From positions 1 to 31,890 of the forward strand of contig JAYUUO010000194.1 of the NCBI GenBank assembly GCA_043754515.1: DNA of 31,890 nt, read 5' to 3'. Under the pieces are notes generated by a model that was given only the letters and a program-made list of their open reading frames with translations, had not been told where the DNA came from and did not search any database. The stretch is from Armatimonadota bacterium (GTDB lineage: Bacteria; Armatimonadota; Armatimonadia; Armatimonadales; Armatimonadaceae). Positions within the stretch are counted from its first letter, which is position 1, and each line of letters opens with the position of its first letter. Made by a program: the position numbers and the translations under genes. Positions 8,518-17,252 of this stretch are shown piece after piece.

Positions 8518-9174
8518 GTGCGTCTGCTGATTACGGGACCGCCCGGCGCGGGGAAGGGGACACAGGGGACGCGGCTCGCCGCGCACTTCGGGGTTCCCCA
8601 CCTTTCGTCGGGAGATCTGTTGCGCCGGATCATCGCGACGGGCGGCGACGGCGTGGTGACCGCGTCGGCACGCGCGATCAATGACGGCAAGATGGTGTCG
8701 GACGATACCGCGAATGCTTTGATGCTACGTGAACTCAGCGAGCCGTCCGCAACGAGCGGGTTCGTGCTGGACGGGTACCCGCGCACCGTTGGGCAGGCGC
8801 GGACGCTGGACGAGTTTCTGGCGGGGCGGGGGGAGAGGCTGGGGGCGGTGGTCGCGCTTGTGATCGGCGAGGCGGAGATCATCGAGCGGCTGGGGAACCG
8901 GATAACTTGCCCGCGTTGCGGCGAAACATATAACGCGAAACTGTCCCCGCCGAAGGCCGCCGGAGTGTGTGATGTGTGCGGGTTGCACGGCTTGTCGGTG
9001 CGCGAGGACGATCTGCCCGAGCATATTATGGTGCGCCTAGGCCTTTACAAGGAGCGAACGAAGCCGCTCCTCGGCTACTACGAGGCGGGCGCGATGCTGT
9101 TGCCGGTGGACGCCGAGGGCACGGAAGAGGAAGTGTTCGCGCGCGTTCTGGCCGCGTTAGGTGGCCGGAGATAA
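8518..9174 (+). CDS. adk: Adenylate kinase with Zn-binding LID
   Basis: GPPGAGKGTQ, GFVLDGYPRT, CPRC...CDVC, REDD. Confidence 0.97.
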   Translation: MRLLITGPPGAGKGTQGTRLAAHFGVPHLSSGDLLRRIIATGGDGVVTASARAINDGKMVSDDTANALMLRELSEPSATSGFVLDGYPRTVGQARTLDEFLAGRGERLGAVVALVIGEAEIIERLGNRITCPRCGETYNAKLSPPKAAGVCDVCGLHGLSVREDDLPEHIMVRLGLYKERTKPLLGYYEAGAMLLPVDAEGTEEEVFARVLAALGGRR

Positions 9175-9214
9175 ACGCTTTTCCGCGTAGGTATCGGGTG
9201 CGTCGAAGATCGGC

Positions 9215-9243
9215 TTGCACCCCGGAAGAAAGTTTGGTATACT
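9215..9243 (+). promoter_or_regulatory. Internal sigma70-type promoter abutting the map start
   Basis: TTGCAC-N17-TATACT with extended -10 (TGgTATACT). Confidence 0.65.
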
Positions 9244-9245
9244 CG

Positions 9246-10049
9246 ATGATTGTGCGCAAGTCTGCCGCCGATGTTGAGAAGATGCGGGCGGCGGGGCGTA
9301 TCGTGGCGGAAGTGCTGGAGGCCGTGGAAAAAGCGGTGGTACCGGGTGAGACGACCACGGCGGACCTGAATAATTTGGCGGAAACGATTTGCCGCGAGCG
9401 GGGCGGCGTGCCGACGTTTTTGGGATATAACAACTTCCCGGCGGCGGCGTGTATCTCCGTGAACGAGGCGGTGGTGCATGGCATCCCCGACGGGCGCGTT
9501 CTGGTGTCGGGGGATTTGGTGTCTTTCGACTTCGCCTGCACGCGCGGCGGGTACATCGCGGACGCGGCGATCACGATCCCGGTCGGTGAGGTTTCGGCGG
9601 AAGCGAAACGGCTTCTGAGCGTGACGCGCGAGGCACTGTACCAGGGAATCGCGAAGGCGAAGGTAGGGGCGCGTATCGGGGAGGTGGCATCGGCCATCCA
9701 GCGGTATGTGGAGGCGGCGGGTTTCACCATTGTGCGGGAACTCGTCGGGCATGGCGTGGGGCGACACCTGCACGAAGGCCCGGAAGTGCCGAACTTCGGC
9801 AAGCCGGGTCAAGGGGTTCGCCTGATAGACGGCATGACGATCGCCATCGAGCCGATGGTGAACGCGGGCAAGCGCGAAACGGTAACCTTGCCGGACAAGT
9901 GGACGGTGGTCACGAAAGATGGCAACCTGTCCGCGCATTTTGAACATACGGTCGCGATAACCAAGCGCGGTCCCGACATTTTGACGTTGCCGTTCGGCGC
10001 GCCGGTCCCGCATGGAGTTTCCATGACGCCCGACGCGGCGGTACGGTAG
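9246..10049 (+). CDS. map: Methionine aminopeptidase type I
   Basis: MIVRKS..MRAAG, CISVNEAVVHGIP, GHGVGRHLHE, AIEPM, SAHFEHT; start corrected from the track's 8976. Confidence 0.97.
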   Translation: MIVRKSAADVEKMRAAGRIVAEVLEAVEKAVVPGETTTADLNNLAETICRERGGVPTFLGYNNFPAAACISVNEAVVHGIPDGRVLVSGDLVSFDFACTRGGYIADAAITIPVGEVSAEAKRLLSVTREALYQGIAKAKVGARIGEVASAIQRYVEAAGFTIVRELVGHGVGRHLHEGPEVPNFGKPGQGVRLIDGMTIAIEPMVNAGKRETVTLPDKWTVVTKDGNLSAHFEHTVAITKRGPDILTLPFGAPVPHGVSMTPDAAVR

Positions 10050-10080
10050 CGTGCTTGAAGGAGCGAAGCACGAATAGCCT

Positions 10081-10488
10081 ATGGCTGGACGACCCGGTGG
10101 TGGCGGATATGGCGGAGCGAGACCCGGCGGCGGGCGACCTGGCGGGGTGAGGCCTGGCGGGGGTAGGCCCGGTGGTGGACGTCCCGGTGGGCGACCCGGC
10201 GGGGGTAGGCCCGGCGGCGGGCGTCCTGGCGGGGGTGGGGGCGGTGCCCCCGCGCCGGAGCCCGCGGACGACGGCAAAGAGCAGGGCATCGAGGTGCAAG
10301 GCGTGATCGCCGAGAACCTGCCGAACGCCATGTTTAAGATTAAACTGGAGTCGGGGCACGAAGTGCTCGCGCACGTTTCCGGCAAGATCCGGATGAACTT
10401 TATTCGTATTCTTCCCGGCGACCGGGTTTTAGTGGAGTTGTCTCCCTATGACCTGACGCGCGGACGCATCTTATATCGGTACAAATAA
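10081..10488 (+). CDS. infA: Translation initiation factor IF-1 with a Gly/Arg/Pro-rich N-terminal extension
   Basis: Core [20 protein letters not shown]...[33 protein letters not shown]; no in-frame ATG between 10081 and the core. Confidence 0.95.
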   Translation: MAGRPGGGGYGGARPGGGRPGGVRPGGGRPGGGRPGGRPGGGRPGGGRPGGGGGGAPAPEPADDGKEQGIEVQGVIAENLPNAMFKIKLESGHEVLAHVSGKIRMNFIRILPGDRVLVELSPYDLTRGRILYRYK

Positions 10489-10552
10489 ACAAGCCCGCGC
10501 TTCGTACGGCGATCAACGCGGGGCGGAGTGGAAACGGGAAAGGGTTAAAACG

Positions 10553-10666
10553 ATGAAAGTACGGGCATCCGTCAAAAAAATCTGCGACAAGTGCAAGGTG
10601 ATCAAGCGCGAGGGCGTCGTGCGCGTGATCTGTATCAACCCGAAGCACAAGCAACGGCAAGGGTAG
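10553..10666 (+). CDS. rpmJ: 50S ribosomal protein L36 (not in the ORF track)
   Basis: [37 protein letters not shown], Zn-binding form. Confidence 0.98.
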   Translation: MKVRASVKKICDKCKVIKREGVVRVICINPKHKQRQG

Positions 10667-10677
10667 GAAGTTAGAAT

Positions 10678-11052
10678 ATGGCACGTATTGCTGGCGTTGA
10701 CCTGCCGCGAGATAAGCGGGTCGAGTATGCACTGCCGGACATTTTCGGCATCGGACTGGCGAACGGTCGGGTGATTCTGGGACTCGCGGAGATTGATCTT
10801 CGCACTCGGGTCTCCGAACTGACCGAGAACCAGGTGGCGCGGTTGCGCGAGATCATCGAGCGCGAGTACCGCGTCGAGGGTGATCTGCGCCGCCAGATCG
10901 CGATGAACATCCGCCGTCTACAGGAGATCCAGTCGTACCGTGGCATCCGCCATCGGCGCGGTCTGCCGGTGCGTGGTCAGCGCACTTCGACCAACGCCCG
11001 GACGCGCAAGGGGCCGAAGCGCACCGTGGGCGCGAAGAAGAAGAAGAAATAG
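10678..11052 (+). CDS. rpsM: 30S ribosomal protein S13
   Basis: [36 protein letters not shown]. Confidence 0.98.
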   Translation: MARIAGVDLPRDKRVEYALPDIFGIGLANGRVILGLAEIDLRTRVSELTENQVARLREIIEREYRVEGDLRRQIAMNIRRLQEIQSYRGIRHRRGLPVRGQRTSTNARTRKGPKRTVGAKKKKK

Positions 11053-11056
11053 ATTT

Positions 11057-11464
11057 ATGGCACGTAAACTTACCGCCGCGCAAGCGGCACGACAAAAAGC
11101 GGCGAAGGTGCGGAAGAATATTTCGCAGGGCATCGCGCACATCTCGAGCACGTTCAACAACACGATTATCACCCTGACGGATGTCCGGGGCGAGACGATC
11201 TCGTGGTCATCGGCGGGACAGGTCGGGTTCAAGGGCACGAAAAAGGGAACGCCGTTCGCGGCGCAACTCGCCGCCGAAGCCGCCGCCCGCCGCGCCCAGG
11301 AGCACGGCTTGAAGCGTGTCGAAGCCCACGTTAAGGGACCCGGGTCGGGACGCGAGACGGCGGTACGCGCCCTCGCGCAGGTCGGTCTCGAAGTGAGCCT
11401 GATCCGCGACGTGACGCCGCTCCCGCACAACGGATGCCGCCCGCCCAAACGCCGCCGCGTCTGA
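11057..11464 (+). CDS. rpsK: 30S ribosomal protein S11
   Basis: [44 protein letters not shown]; start corrected to ATG11057. Confidence 0.98.
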   Translation: MARKLTAAQAARQKAAKVRKNISQGIAHISSTFNNTIITLTDVRGETISWSSAGQVGFKGTKKGTPFAAQLAAEAAARRAQEHGLKRVEAHVKGPGSGRETAVRALAQVGLEVSLIRDVTPLPHNGCRPPKRRRV

Positions 11465-11589
11465 TCCGGCGACCGCCGGTACTTTATCTTTGTCGTCCGC
11501 GCGTCCGGCGCGGACGACACCCGTCTGAAAAATCAGACTCGTAAACCTATCGGACAGGGTAGACCCGCGATAGGGAGGAAGAGAAGCCA

Positions 11590-12249
11590 ATGAGTAAATC
11601 CGCACCTAACTCGGTGAGCGGCGACGTACGTTGCCGCCAATGCCGCCGCGCTGGTCAGAAACTTTTTCTGAAGGGCGAGCGTTGCTACACAAAGAAATGC
11701 GCCGTGGAGAAACGCCAGAACCAGGGCGTCGTCCAGCCGCCGGGCCAGCACGGTCAGACCGGACGCCCGGCGAAGATCACTACCTACGGCTCCCAGCTCC
11801 GCGAGAAGCAGAAGATGCGGCAGATGTACCGTGTCTTGGAGGGTCCGTTCCGCACATACGTCGCCGAAGCGACCCGCAGACGCGGAGTCACCGGCGAGAA
11901 CCTGCTCCAGCTTCTGGAGATGCGCCTCGACAACGTCGTTTATCGGCTCGGCTTCGCGGCTTCGAGGGCACAGGCACGGCAACTGGTCAACCACGGTCAC
12001 TTCCTCGTTAACAACAAGCCGGTGGACATCCCGTCCTACCAGACTCGGCCCGGCGAGACCATCACCGTGGTCGAGGATGCCCGGCGAATCCCGGCTATCC
12101 AAGCCGCGATGGGGTCTGCCGCACGCATCCCGATGTGGCTTTCCGTGGACAACAACCAGTTCACCGGCAAGGTGATCGCCGCTCCACGCCGCGAAGAGGT
12201 GGATTCGGAAGTTCAGGAACAGATCATCATCGAGTTCTATTCGCGCTAA
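11590..12249 (+). CDS. rpsD: 30S ribosomal protein S4, Zn-motif type
   Basis: CRQCRR...LFLKGERC..KKC, QLREKQK, LEMRLDNVVYRLGFA..RAQARQLVNHGH, IIEFYSR. Confidence 0.98.
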   Translation: MSKSAPNSVSGDVRCRQCRRAGQKLFLKGERCYTKKCAVEKRQNQGVVQPPGQHGQTGRPAKITTYGSQLREKQKMRQMYRVLEGPFRTYVAEATRRRGVTGENLLQLLEMRLDNVVYRLGFAASRAQARQLVNHGHFLVNNKPVDIPSYQTRPGETITVVEDARRIPAIQAAMGSAARIPMWLSVDNNQFTGKVIAAPRREEVDSEVQEQIIIEFYSR

Positions 12250-12349
12250 AGGCGCGGGTCGGGTTTGGGGAACGGCGGGAAGACGGGGCGGGGCAATCGG
12301 GCGTCGCCTGGCGGGTGTCTTTTCCCGCGAAAGGATTTAGAGAACACGT

Positions 12350-13378
12350 ATGGCAGTGATGGAAACGGTAACGCCGCGCATCGAGACCCTGGAGTCGGGC
12401 GCGACTTTCAGCAAGTTTGTCGTCGAGCCGCTCGAACCGGGTCTGGGCGTGACGCTCGGTAACTCGCTACGGCGGGTTCTGCTTTCGAGCATCGAAGGCG
12501 CGGCGATCACCACGGTTAAGATTGACGGCGTTCAGCACGAGTTCCAGACGATCCCCGGAGTAAAAGAGGACGCGACGGAACTTCTTCTGAACCTGAAGAA
12601 CCTGTTCGTTAAGATATACGACTCGAGTGACGACGACGCCGACGACGCCGATGCCCCCGCGAAAACCGGGAAGCATACGGTGCGGATTGAAGCGCGGGGC
12701 GCGGGGCGTATCACCGGCGCGGACGTGCTCTGCCCGCCCGACATCGAGATCGCGAACCCGGACTGCTACATCGCCACGATCTCGGACGAGGCGACGAGCC
12801 TGTACATGGAACTGACGGTCGAGAAGGGGCGCGGCTATGTGATCCCGGAGCGATCCGTCAACCGCACCGAAGTGATCGGCGAGATACTGGTCCCGGCGGC
12901 GTACGGACCGATCCGCAAGGTGAATTACACGGTTGACCCGACCCGCGTCGGCAACCGCACCGACTACGAGCGTCTGACAATCGAGGTGACGACGAACGGC
13001 ACGATCGAACCGGCACGCGCCGTTTCGCGCGCGGCGCAGTTGTTGTCCGATTACTTCTTGCGCTTCGTGGAGTTCCCCGAAGGCGGTCGGCGGTTTTCGC
13101 CGTCGCTCCTGGGTGGCGGCATGCTGATCGGGAACGCTCCGGACGCCCGCATTGAGGAGCTAGACTTCTCGGTACGTACGTATAACTGTCTGAAAAAGGC
13201 GAACATACTGACCGTGGGCGAACTGACGCAGATTTCGGAAGTTGACCTGATGAATATTCGCAACTTCGGTAAGAAATCGCTCACGGAAGTGAAAGAAAAA
13301 CTGACGGAACTGGGCTTGTCTCTGAAGGATAGCGACGGCGAGTATAGTTTCGACGACGACGAGGAAGACGGCGAATAA
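12350..13378 (+). CDS. rpoA: RNA polymerase alpha subunit
   Basis: EPLEPGLGVTLGNSLRRVLLSS, IEELDFSVRTYNCLK, IRNFGKKSL. Confidence 0.98.
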   Translation: MAVMETVTPRIETLESGATFSKFVVEPLEPGLGVTLGNSLRRVLLSSIEGAAITTVKIDGVQHEFQTIPGVKEDATELLLNLKNLFVKIYDSSDDDADDADAPAKTGKHTVRIEARGAGRITGADVLCPPDIEIANPDCYIATISDEATSLYMELTVEKGRGYVIPERSVNRTEVIGEILVPAAYGPIRKVNYTVDPTRVGNRTDYERLTIEVTTNGTIEPARAVSRAAQLLSDYFLRFVEFPEGGRRFSPSLLGGGMLIGNAPDARIEELDFSVRTYNCLKKANILTVGELTQISEVDLMNIRNFGKKSLTEVKEKLTELGLSLKDSDGEYSFDDDEEDGE

Positions 13379-13403
13379 ACCTGCCGGTTAAGGAAGAAAA
13401 ACA

Positions 13404-13778
13404 ATGCGACACCGTATTGGCGGACGGCAGTTTGGGTTGCCGTCGGATCAGCGCCAGGCACTCCTGAAGGGGTTGCTCCGCTCGTTAATCATCTATAAGC
13501 AGATCGAGACCACCGAGGCGCGGGCGAAAGAGATCCGCCCGCTGATCGAGAAGATGATCACGCGTGCGAAGAACGACGAGTCTGTCAACTCGCGCCGGAT
13601 CGTCCGCGCGCAGATCGGCGGGCACAGCGCGGACGACGAGTCCATCGTGAAGGAACTCTTCACGGTGATCGCTCCGAAGTTCACCGAGCGACCGGGCGGC
13701 TACACGCGCATGGCGCGCGTCGGCGTGCGCCGGGGTGATGCCGCGCCGATCGTGATGATCCAGTTCGTCACGGACTAA
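13404..13778 (+). CDS. rplQ: 50S ribosomal protein L17
   Basis: MRHR, IETTEARAKE, ERPGGYTR, RRGDAAP. Confidence 0.97.
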   Translation: MRHRIGGRQFGLPSDQRQALLKGLLRSLIIYKQIETTEARAKEIRPLIEKMITRAKNDESVNSRRIVRAQIGGHSADDESIVKELFTVIAPKFTERPGGYTRMARVGVRRGDAAPIVMIQFVTD

Positions 13779-13782
13779 CGCC

Positions 13783-14607
13783 GTGCGCCGCTTCCGGGTC
13801 ACCGTCGAGTACGACGGCACTGATTTCGCCGGGTTTCAGTCGCAGCCGGTCGGACTGCGGACGGTGCAGGGGACTCTGGAGGCGACGATCAAGCGGATGT
13901 CGGGGGCGGAGGCGCGGGTACACGGCGCGGGCCGTACCGACGCGGGGGTACACGCCACGGGGCAGGTCATCCATTTCGACACGGAATGGCCGATACCTCC
14001 CGGGCGAATCGCGTGGGCGTTGAACGGCGCGCTACCGGATGACGTGGTGGTACGCGACGCGGAGTGCGTGGGGGGCGGGTTTCATGCCCGCTTCTCGGCG
14101 ACCGCGCGGACATATCAGTACACCATCCTGAACCGGGAGGCGGGTTCCGCCATCCGAGGCAGATTCATGTGGCACGTGCGCGAATCGCTGGATCTCGCGG
14201 CGATGCGTGCGGCGGCGGTCGAACTGACCGGGGTACACGACTTCGCCACGTTCGGGCAAGCCGATCTGCCGGGAAAGTCCACGGTTCGTCACGTGGAATG
14301 GATTATCATTGACGGGGCCGATGACACAGTCCGGATCACGGTACGCGGGAACGCCTTTCTGAGGCAACAGGTGCGTGCCCTAGTCGGGACGTTGCAGCAG
14401 GCCGGTTTGGGCAAGCTCGGGGTAGCCGACGTGGTTGCCATCCGGGACAGCCGAGACCGGATACACTGTCCGGCGACAGCACCCGCGCGGGGGTTAGTCC
14501 TCGCGCTCGTAGAATATGACGGGACTCGTTTTACCCGACCGGGGGAAGTAGGCTACTATGCCGCGCCGGAAGGGACGGAGAAAGAAATAGGAAAGCCGAA
14601 TGAATAA
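13783..14607 (+). CDS. truA: tRNA pseudouridine(38-40) synthase
   Basis: EYDGTDFAGFQ, AGRTDAGVHA, FHARFSA, NAFLRQQVR, TAPARGL. Confidence 0.96.
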   Translation: MRRFRVTVEYDGTDFAGFQSQPVGLRTVQGTLEATIKRMSGAEARVHGAGRTDAGVHATGQVIHFDTEWPIPPGRIAWALNGALPDDVVVRDAECVGGGFHARFSATARTYQYTILNREAGSAIRGRFMWHVRESLDLAAMRAAAVELTGVHDFATFGQADLPGKSTVRHVEWIIIDGADDTVRITVRGNAFLRQQVRALVGTLQQAGLGKLGVADVVAIRDSRDRIHCPATAPARGLVLALVEYDGTRFTRPGEVGYYAAPEGTEKEIGKPNE

Positions 14608-15097
14608 AACCTACTCCGCCAAGCCGGCGGACATAGTACGTGACTGGCATATTATAGACGCGACGGGGAAGCCGGTCGGGCGTTTGTGTGTGGATGTCGC
14701 CAAATTATTGCGCGGGAAGCACAAGCCGATTTTCACCCCGAGCCTTGACACCGGGGATCACGTGATTATCATCAACGCGGAGCGGGCCATCTACACCGGT
14801 AATAACAAGCCGAAAGAGCCGATCTACCGGCACACGCTTTATCCGGGCGGTATCCGCCAGATCGCGCGCGGCGAGTTGCTAGCGACGCGGGCCGACTATG
14901 CCCTTTATCGTACGGTGAAAGGCATGCTCCCGCACAACAAACTCGGCGCGGCGATGCTGAAGAAACTTCGCGTCTACAAGGGCGACACCCATCCGCACGA
15001 AGCACAAATCAAGGGGATGGAAAATCGGAAGGCAGGCGTCTCGGTAGCGGTAGTTCCGGAAGCCCCGGACTTCGTGATGCAGGAGGCGCAAGGTTAA
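14600..15097 (+). CDS. rplM: 50S ribosomal protein L13
   Basis: [33 protein letters not shown]. Confidence 0.98.
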   Translation: MNKTYSAKPADIVRDWHIIDATGKPVGRLCVDVAKLLRGKHKPIFTPSLDTGDHVIIINAERAIYTGNNKPKEPIYRHTLYPGGIRQIARGELLATRADYALYRTVKGMLPHNKLGAAMLKKLRVYKGDTHPHEAQIKGMENRKAGVSVAVVPEAPDFVMQEAQG

Positions 15098-15101
15098 TAC
15101 T

Positions 15102-15497
15102 ATGGCAGAACTGAATCGCTACTACGGGACCGGCAAGCGCAAGAACGCGATCGCCAAGGTCTGGCTCATGCCCGGTGACGGCACGATCACGGTGAACAAC
15201 CGCACCGCGCAGGAGTATTTCCGGCGTGCGACGCTCGAAGCGTTGCTCTCGCAACCCTTCCGCGCCACGCAGACCGAAGGCCGCTACGCCGTGATGGTGA
15301 AGGCACTCGGCGGCGGGGTGTCGGGCCAGGCGGGCGCGGTGCGCCACGGCATCGCCAAAGCACTGATCGAGGCGGACCCGGAACTGCGCCCGGTGCTACG
15401 GCGCAACGGCTTCCTGACCCGCGACCCACGCGTCAAGGAATCGAAAAAGTACGGGCGCAAGCGCGCGCGGCGCGGGTTCCAGTTCAGCAAACGTTAG
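15102..15497 (+). CDS. rpsI: 30S ribosomal protein S9
   Basis: [43 protein letters not shown]. Confidence 0.98.
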   Translation: MAELNRYYGTGKRKNAIAKVWLMPGDGTITVNNRTAQEYFRRATLEALLSQPFRATQTEGRYAVMVKALGGGVSGQAGAVRHGIAKALIEADPELRPVLRRNGFLTRDPRVKESKKYGRKRARRGFQFSKR

Positions 15498-15528
15498 TCG
15501 GGGTTCGGGCGACGTTTCTTACAACACG

Positions 15529-15564
15529 GCGGGCGGGGCGAGACAAGCGTCCCGCCCGCTTTTT
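15529..15564 (+). terminator. Rho-independent terminator of the ribosomal operon
   Basis: GCGGGCGGGGCG-N7-CGTCCCGCCCGC followed by TTTTT. Confidence 0.85.
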
Positions 15565-15646
15565 CGTCGCACCCGATAACACTGCGTGTAACTTTGTGCG
15601 GTCGAGAGGGCAGGATTCCGCCGCGAAATGCCGAAGATATAAGGAG

Positions 15647-16513
15647 ATGATTTTTCGTTCCCTGGTTCCTTCCTCCTGCCTGATGCTTTCGCTAGTACTC
15701 GGCACTCCCGCCGGGGCGCAGACCGTGCGGAGTACCAGTCGCGGCTCGCTTGTGTCACGCCACGGTTTTCGTGGCGTAATACGCACGCTCCCTCCCGTCG
15801 GCGCGTCCTCGGTGAAAGCGGTGTCGCGACCGCTCGTCATGGGGCGGGTCGGGCTGGTGCGTGTCCCGTCCGTCACGCTCCGCGTTGGACGCGGCGTCAA
15901 TGACAAATCCATTGCCACCGTGACAGAGGGTACGAATCTGGCGGTGCTGATGGAGAAGGACGGCTACTACGGCTGTCTCATGCAGGACTCGACGCTGGGA
16001 TGGGTGATCACCGGAGCGGTCGAACTGCTGGACTACCGGGTTCAAGCTCGCCTCGGCAGACCCGCCGCGTCGGAAACACCGCAAGCATCCCCCGAGCAAC
16101 CCGCCGAAGACGTCCAGGAAACGCAGACTACCGACCCCCGATCCGGTGCCGTTATCCGCGAGGCGTTCACCTATCTCGGCGTGCCCTATGTCTGGGCGGG
16201 GAACTCGCGCGGCGGTCTGGACTGCTCCGCGTTCTTAAAGAACGTGTTCGCCGCGACGCGGGCAATGGATCTCCCGCGTCACAGCGGCGATCAGGCACGC
16301 TACGGCGTTCCGGTCGTGTCTACAGAGAATCTGCAACCGGGGGACCGCCTCTACTTCGACATGAAACGTCAGGGGCGTATTTCGCATTGCGGGATCTACA
16401 TCGGCAACGGCTATTTCATCCACGCCTCGTCGAACCGGCGTTGCGTCGGCGTGGATAAACTGGCGTCGGGTAATTACTGGCACTGCCTGGTAGCCGCCCG
16501 ACACGACCCCTAA
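15647..16513 (+). CDS. Exported SH3-like plus NlpC/P60 (C40) peptidoglycan endopeptidase; start uncertain
   Basis: Signal peptide ending PAGAQ; SH3-like LRVG...GWV segment; YLGVPYVWAG...GLDCSAF, LQPGDRLYF, SHCGIYIGNGYFIHASS. Confidence 0.9.
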   Translation: MIFRSLVPSSCLMLSLVLGTPAGAQTVRSTSRGSLVSRHGFRGVIRTLPPVGASSVKAVSRPLVMGRVGLVRVPSVTLRVGRGVNDKSIATVTEGTNLAVLMEKDGYYGCLMQDSTLGWVITGAVELLDYRVQARLGRPAASETPQASPEQPAEDVQETQTTDPRSGAVIREAFTYLGVPYVWAGNSRGGLDCSAFLKNVFAATRAMDLPRHSGDQARYGVPVVSTENLQPGDRLYFDMKRQGRISHCGIYIGNGYFIHASSNRRCVGVDKLASGNYWHCLVAARHDP

Positions 16514-16527
16514 TCGCTTCGCGAGAC

Positions 16528-17160
16528 CTACTTCTTCAGGAGTGGCTTGAACTTCGCGCGGAACTCGGTGATTTCCGGCGCGATGACATACTTGCAGTAG
16601 GATTGATCCGGGTGCAAGTTGTAGTAGTCGTAGTGGTAATCCTCGGCGCGGTAGAAGGTGCCATACGGCGCGACGGCGGTTACGATGGGTGCTTTCCAGA
16701 TGTGCGCGGCGTTGATGCTACGGATGACGTTCTCCGCCTCCTTCTTCTGTGTCGGTGTGCGGTAGAAGATAATAGACCGATACTGTGGCCCCTGATCGTT
16801 GCCTTGCCGATCTACCGTGGTCGGGTCGCGTACCGTGAGAAGCACGCGTAGCAGGTCGTTGTAGGTGATGACAGCCGGGTCGAACGCGATGTTGATGCTC
16901 TCCGCGTGCCCCGTGCCACCCGTCTCTACCTGCTCATAACTCGGGTGGGACACGTTCCCCCCCGCGTATCCTGGGTCCACCTTTTTGACGCCTTTGAGTT
17001 GCTTAAAGATGGCCTCCATGCTCCAGAAGCAACCGGCGGCGAATGTGGCTTGTTCGGTGCGCGGCTTCTGCGGCGCGGCAAAGATCGTGAGCGGCGCGGC
17101 TAGCAGGAGTGCCGCAAGGATAGTAACGGTAGCGAACGTTCGTTGGATTTGTGGGATCAT
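16528..17160 (-). CDS. msrA: Peptide-methionine (S)-S-oxide reductase with N-terminal signal peptide
   Basis: AAGCFW, GYAGG, TGHAE, RQGND.G.QYRS, FYRAEDYH, resolving YC. Confidence 0.95.
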   Translation of the reverse strand: MIPQIQRTFATVTILAALLLAAPLTIFAAPQKPRTEQATFAAGCFWSMEAIFKQLKGVKKVDPGYAGGNVSHPSYEQVETGGTGHAESINIAFDPAVITYNDLLRVLLTVRDPTTVDRQGNDQGPQYRSIIFYRTPTQKKEAENVIRSINAAHIWKAPIVTAVAPYGTFYRAEDYHYDYYNLHPDQSYCKYVIAPEITEFRAKFKPLLKK

Positions 17161-17181
17161 AATAGTTTACTTTCTCCCTAT

Positions 17182-17223
17182 AAAACAGTTCGCGGCGGGT
17201 CGAAAGTTCCCGGCCCGCCACGA
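17182..17223 (-). terminator. Hairpin after the first DUF1559 gene (terminator or stability element)
   Basis: Stem 17190-17223 with TTTT a few nt downstream on the minus strand; shares TCGCGGCGGGTCG with 18150-18162. Confidence 0.5.
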
Positions 17224-17252
17224 TATGCTGGCTCCCGAGGTCCGCGACCGGG

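Noticed and set aside
8976..9245. N-terminal extension of Map in the ORF track (likewise 10940-11056 for S11)
   Set aside because: Overlaps adk (or rpsM) out of frame; conserved N-termini begin at 9246 and 11057
9078..10385. 435-aa minus-strand ORF with PPPGR repeats
   Set aside because: Mirror of map and of the infA RPGG repeat; overlaps conserved essential genes
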